The notes beneath the pieces are model-generated. The model saw only the letters and a list, made by a program, of their open reading frames with translations. It did no database searches and was not told where the DNA came from. A program made the position numbers and the translations under genes. Positions 50,118 through 54,079 of a DNA stretch of 54,079 nt are shown piece by piece. Source of the stretch: Promethearchaeia archaeon (GTDB lineage Archaea > Asgardarchaeota > Lokiarchaeia > Sigyniarchaeales > SOKP01); NCBI GenBank assembly GCA_029856155.1, contig JAHQWL010000025.1, positions 1-54,079 on the forward strand. The letters run 5' to 3'. Position 1 is the first letter of the stretch, and the number at the start of each line of letters is the position of its first letter.

Positions 50118-50633
50118 ATGGAAAGTAAAAAAGTATCAGAATCAAGAGTCGAAATAGCACAAATTATGTATCCTGAACATGCAAATCCTGCAGGAAATGT
50201 TCACGGGGGTCATATTCTTAAGCTAGTAGATCAAGCCGCTGCGATAGCGGGAGCAAGACATACACATCGCAATGTAGTTACTGCTTCGGTAGATAGAATG
50301 GATTTTATATCTCCTGCTTTTATTGGTAATGTTATCTTCGCAAAAGCTTCAATTAATTATACTGGAAAGACATCCATGGAAACAGGTGTTAGAATAGAAG
50401 CAGAATGTTTGAAAACAGGAATCCATACACATATAGGCTCAGCATATCTTACTTTTGTTGCTCTTGGTGAAAATGATAAACCAACTGAAATTCCTCAAAT
50501 TATTCCAGAGACCGATGAAGAAAAACGTCGTTATGAAGATGCTAAAAAAAGGAGAGAATTAAGATTACAGCAAGCAAAAAAGCACCGAGTTGTAGTACAA
50601 CCATGTATAGTCAGATCTGAGAAATTAAAGTAA
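50118..50633 (+). CDS. Hot-dog-fold acyl-CoA thioesterase (YciA-like)
   Basis: 'ANPAGNVHGG.ILK.VD', 'VVTASVD.MDF..P', 'TGKTSME'. Confidence 0.93.
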   Translation: MESKKVSESRVEIAQIMYPEHANPAGNVHGGHILKLVDQAAAIAGARHTHRNVVTASVDRMDFISPAFIGNVIFAKASINYTGKTSMETGVRIEAECLKTGIHTHIGSAYLTFVALGENDKPTEIPQIIPETDEEKRRYEDAKKRRELRLQQAKKHRVVVQPCIVRSEKLK

Positions 50634-50736
50634 TTAACCAACTATTTTTTTAAAGAAAGTGCTGAAGATCACTAACAATAAACTATATTTTTTAATATTG
50701 AAATAATAATTATTTATATTTAAAAAGTGATTTATC

Positions 50737-52068
50737 ATGGAAGAAGTTAGAAAAAAGCCTAAATTGAAACGCAGAGTTTCCTTATTTGCACTTACTGCAT
50801 ATGGTGTAGGAAATGTTTTAGGAGCTGGGATATATGCATTAATAGGTGAAGTTGTGGGGATAACTGGAAACCTATCATGGTTATCATTTATATTAGCATC
50901 AATAACTGGTGCCTTGACTGGTTTGTCTTATGCTGAACTTTCTGCAATGTATCCTAAAAGCGCAGCTGAATTTGTGTATACAGAAGAAGCATTCAAAAAA
51001 CGAATTTTGTCATTTATTTTAGGATGGATAATCATTTTTTCAGGTATATTGTCGGCAGCTACGGTTGCTCTAGGTTTTGCTAATTATCTATCCAACTTAA
51101 TTGGCATAGCTTCAATCTTTTTGGTAATTGTATTCGCAGTTTTACTTGTTATCATTCTAAGTTTAATTAATTTTGTCGGTATAAAAACCTCAACCAGAGC
51201 TAACATTATATTTACACTAATCGAAGCTACGGGTTTGATTTTTATAATAATAATTGGTATTCCCTATTTCGGTTCGGTTAATTATTTTACGCTTCCTCCA
51301 GCATCAGCTCCTGTTGTAATTTTTTCTTCTGTTGCTCTAATATTTTTTGCGTACATCGGTTTTGAAGATATTGCTAATATTGCTGAGGAAGTTAAAGAAC
51401 CACATAAAAATCTACCTAAGGCTATCGTTTATTCAATAATAATAACCACAATCCTATATTGCCTTACAGCTATTTCAGTTGTTAGCATCTTGCCTTATAA
51501 TATAGTTGCCACTTCTGAAGCCCCCTTGAATAGTGTTGCTACAGAAGTATTAGGACCTGCAGGGGGTATTATTATGTCACTTATTGCATTATTTGCAACT
51601 GCCAACACAGTTCTTATTATGCTAATAGTTACTTCTCGTATGATGTATGGTATGGCAAGGGATAAAGCACTTCCAGAAGGTTTGAGTAAGATCTCACCTA
51701 AATTTAGAACGCCTATGCTATCCATATTAATTACCATGCTCTTTACTATAATTCCAATTTTCTTCGTTGATATTTCAATTATTGCACACGCAACAGTATT
51801 TGGGGTTCTTATTAATTTTATTTTGGTAAATGTTAGCCTAATAGCTTTAAGAAAAAATAAACCAGATGCGGAAAGACCATTTAAGCTTAAACCAAGTATA
51901 AAGTGGGTGCCTGTGATCGCATTATTAGGAGCGATTGTTTGTATTGCCTTATTATTTACTTTTGATTGGTTAATTATAATAATCCAATCGATAATAGTAC
52001 TCTGCGGAATTGCTGTGTTCTATGGTATGAAATCAAAAATCGAAACCAAAACAATTAAAAATCGTTAA
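50737..52068 (+). CDS. APC-family amino acid permease
   Basis: 'GNVLGAGIY', 'SYAELSAMYP', 'FFAYIGFE.....AEEVKEP.KNLPKAI', 'SRMMYGMARD'. Confidence 0.94.
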   Translation: MEEVRKKPKLKRRVSLFALTAYGVGNVLGAGIYALIGEVVGITGNLSWLSFILASITGALTGLSYAELSAMYPKSAAEFVYTEEAFKKRILSFILGWIIIFSGILSAATVALGFANYLSNLIGIASIFLVIVFAVLLVIILSLINFVGIKTSTRANIIFTLIEATGLIFIIIIGIPYFGSVNYFTLPPASAPVVIFSSVALIFFAYIGFEDIANIAEEVKEPHKNLPKAIVYSIIITTILYCLTAISVVSILPYNIVATSEAPLNSVATEVLGPAGGIIMSLIALFATANTVLIMLIVTSRMMYGMARDKALPEGLSKISPKFRTPMLSILITMLFTIIPIFFVDISIIAHATVFGVLINFILVNVSLIALRKNKPDAERPFKLKPSIKWVPVIALLGAIVCIALLFTFDWLIIIIQSIIVLCGIAVFYGMKSKIETKTIKNR

Positions 52069-52810
52069 CTTTTATATCATTAATATTACTATAACCGACT
52101 ACATTATCCCGAATAAATATACCAAAAGGAAATTTTGATGTTTTATAACGGTTAAGAATGTTTAGTAAAGTAATATGTTCAGGTATATAATAAATCTCTT
52201 TATATTTTTTTCCAACATTTTCTGAATATTGATATTGCTGTAAAACAAAATTTCCTCGAAAATGAGCTTTTTTAAGAAAGGCAATAATCTTATATATATC
52301 CTGAGGTTTCATTAAATTTCCAACATATGTTGTTCTTATTTCAAAATCGATCTCTTTTTGTTTATTCACAAGATTGATAGTCTGAATTACTAATTTAGGA
52401 TCAACTACACTCCCAGTGATCTGTTTAAGTTTTTGAGGTTTTAAAGGTCCTTTTAAATCTAAAGCAATCCTATTAATATAGGGAAAGAGTTGCTTTATAA
52501 TTTGTGGATTTGTGCCATTAGTGTCAATATTTATATATTTTCCAAGCTTTTTAATTTCTTTACATAAATCTAGTAAATCATTTTGAAGTGTGGGTTCTCC
52601 TCCACTTATACTTACTCCGCTTACTAATAAATTACTTTTAACATTATCAATTAATTCATTTATTCCAATTTCACGTCCAACATCCCTATTTAGTAAATGT
52701 TTATTATGACAAAATCCACAATTTAAATTACAACCAACTGTAAAAATAACCATTGCCGATTTTTGAGGAATATCCTTTGTTGAGATATCAATTATTCCTC
52801 CAACCCTCAT
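52055..52810 (-). CDS. nrdG: Radical SAM glycyl-radical activase, anaerobic ribonucleotide reductase activating-protein type
   Basis: 'IFTVGCNLNCGFCHN', 'GVSISGGEPTLQ', 'IDTNGT.P', 'EIRTT', 'LQQY'. Confidence 0.82.
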   Translation of the reverse strand: MRVGGIIDISTKDIPQKSAMVIFTVGCNLNCGFCHNKHLLNRDVGREIGINELIDNVKSNLLVSGVSISGGEPTLQNDLLDLCKEIKKLGKYINIDTNGTNPQIIKQLFPYINRIALDLKGPLKPQKLKQITGSVVDPKLVIQTINLVNKQKEIDFEIRTTYVGNLMKPQDIYKIIAFLKKAHFRGNFVLQQYQYSENVGKKYKEIYYIPEHITLLNILNRYKTSKFPFGIFIRDNVVGYSNINDIKVNDF

Positions 52811-52817
52811 ATTAGAA

Positions 52818-53729
52818 TCAATACTCCTTTTTAATTAATTCTTCGACTTGATACAACGGTAGCATGAAAGGCCCTGGGTGCTCTAATTTAAGAGATGTAA
52901 GAGCTGCGGCATACCTCAAGGATTCTTCGGGATTCTTAGTTAATCTCGAACCCAAATAACTAATGAATGCAGTATCTCCCCTCCCAGTTCTTCCTTCTGA
53001 TTTTTTGTTTTTCCATGGAAAAAAATATGAATTAGTAAATGAATATAAAGAAATTCCCTTCTCATGAGTAATTAGAATTTCATTTGGTCCAAACTCCGCT
53101 AATATTTTTGCAGCTGTATCAATATTATTTTGATGAGTAAGAACTTCCGCTTCTTTCTGATCGAGTTTTAATATTTTCACTTTTGTTAAAATTTCTTTCT
53201 TATCATTTTCTGGAAGATCCTGGTAAAAAATTTCACCCTGTTCCCTTACCCTAATAAAACCTTGAATATCCAAACATAACTTTTCTGAATATTTCTCATA
53301 CAAATAATTAAATAATTTTAAGTTAATTTCACCTGCAACAATTGGACCAACAACAAAATACTTAGCATTTACATTTGGAATCTCTTCTTTTTTAAATAAT
53401 CCTGCAAATCCGAGTGGCTCATAGGTTCTAAACTCCATATTGTTTGAAGAATAAATATTTTTTAAGCCTGAGGTTTCCTCAGAAGGATATGCATAATATT
53501 TAACTCCATTTTTTGTAAAAATACTTAATAGTGAGAAATCTTCTTTTTTCAATCTTGTGATGATGGTTATTTTAAGACCCATATGACTGCCAGCAATTCC
53601 ACCATAGTACGTGGCACCACCTAATGAAGTTGTACTAATCCCATCAACTTCAATAATATCTTTAGCTAAATGACCAAGAATTACAATATATGATTCAACA
53701 GTCATAAATATATTTATTAAAAAAATCAA
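52818..53729 (-). CDS. PfkB-family carbohydrate kinase
   Basis: 'GHLAKD', 'LGGATYYG', 'LDIQGF.R', 'GRTGRGDTAF'. Confidence 0.88.
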   Translation of the reverse strand: MIFLINIFMTVESYIVILGHLAKDIIEVDGISTTSLGGATYYGGIAGSHMGLKITIITRLKKEDFSLLSIFTKNGVKYYAYPSEETSGLKNIYSSNNMEFRTYEPLGFAGLFKKEEIPNVNAKYFVVGPIVAGEINLKLFNYLYEKYSEKLCLDIQGFIRVREQGEIFYQDLPENDKKEILTKVKILKLDQKEAEVLTHQNNIDTAAKILAEFGPNEILITHEKGISLYSFTNSYFFPWKNKKSEGRTGRGDTAFISYLGSRLTKNPEESLRYAAALTSLKLEHPGPFMLPLYQVEELIKKEY

Positions 53730-53828
53730 GAATTAAGAAATTATCGATATAGTTTAGAAAAAAAAGAAAGAGAACTGAATTAACTTACTTTTTAATTATG
53801 ATGGAATTGTAATTTTCCCATTTATTAA

Positions 53829-54079
53829 TTACTTTATAGTATTGATAAAACTTTCCAAAATTCTCTCTTTGATCTTATAGAATTTTAATTTGGGAATTTC
53901 ATAGATTTTACTATCACTTTCCTCAATACTTTGCACTAAAATTGAACTAATATTTAAGTTTTTAACATCACCTCTATTTATTTGTTCATTTAATTGTTCT
54001 CTATTCATTATAGAATTATAGAGATTTATTCTATTTAAACTTTTCCCATCATTTTCCCACCCATCCAAATAAATAATAG
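53829..54079 (-). CDS. 3' end of a hypothetical protein truncated by the window edge
   Basis: Frame is open to the end of the window. Confidence 0.6.
   Translation of the reverse strand, partial: IIYLDGWENDGKSLNRINLYNSIMNREQLNEQINRGDVKNLNISSILVQSIEESDSKIYEIPKLKFYKIKERILESFINTIK

Noticed and set aside
1226-51737. Many short ORFs in the track that overlap longer genes (e.g. 1226-1435, 5263-5463, 9018-9296, 10086-10418, 22045-22479, 30746-31018, 37991-38443, 43112-43630, 46763-47089, 49731-50072)
   Set aside because: Antisense or off-frame shadows of well-supported genes, with no motifs of their own.
52055-52810. Radical SAM gene as the dedicated activase of the glycyl-radical enzyme
   Set aside because: Its motifs fit the anaerobic RNR-activase type and it lies in a different transcription unit about 5 kb away; not excluded, but unsupported.
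1-54079. tRNA, rRNA, transposase, integrase or provirus
   Set aside because: No GC-rich cloverleaf or rRNA-like tract, and no recombinase, transposase or capsid motifs were recognised.

Overview
Very AT-rich, gene-dense archaeal chromosome segment, most consistent with an Asgard archaeon (Lokiarchaeia-like). The assignment rests on eukaryotic-signature proteins: an OSTC/DC2 oligosaccharyltransferase subunit, three longin-like proteins, a ubiquitin-fold protein, an AN1 zinc finger and a PCI-like domain. Other content includes a divergent fwdG-B-D-A cluster, Mrp/NBP35, malic enzyme, a glycyl-radical enzyme, three tandem crotonase-family genes, four tandem DHA3-type MFS exporters and many small zinc-ribbon or membrane genes. 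I saw no rRNA, tRNA, CRISPR array or transposase. Most notable, and wholly or partly missed by the ORF track: (1) a small membrane ORF (13627-13367, minus) with an in-frame UGA in a GGCG-U-GG motif, directly followed by a eukaryote/Loki-type SECIS-like hairpin, i.e. a candidate undescribed selenoprotein; (2) a locus with five TACACACT direct repeats, two SD-led micropeptides, a bactofilin, a coiled-coil/RHH/PCI protein and four MFS exporters; (3) an otherwise intact frame interrupted by three in-frame TAG codons; (4) several genes that appear to start at ATT/ATA; (5) an Fwd complex whose catalytic residues look degenerate. All family calls come from motif recognition by eye; no database searches were run.
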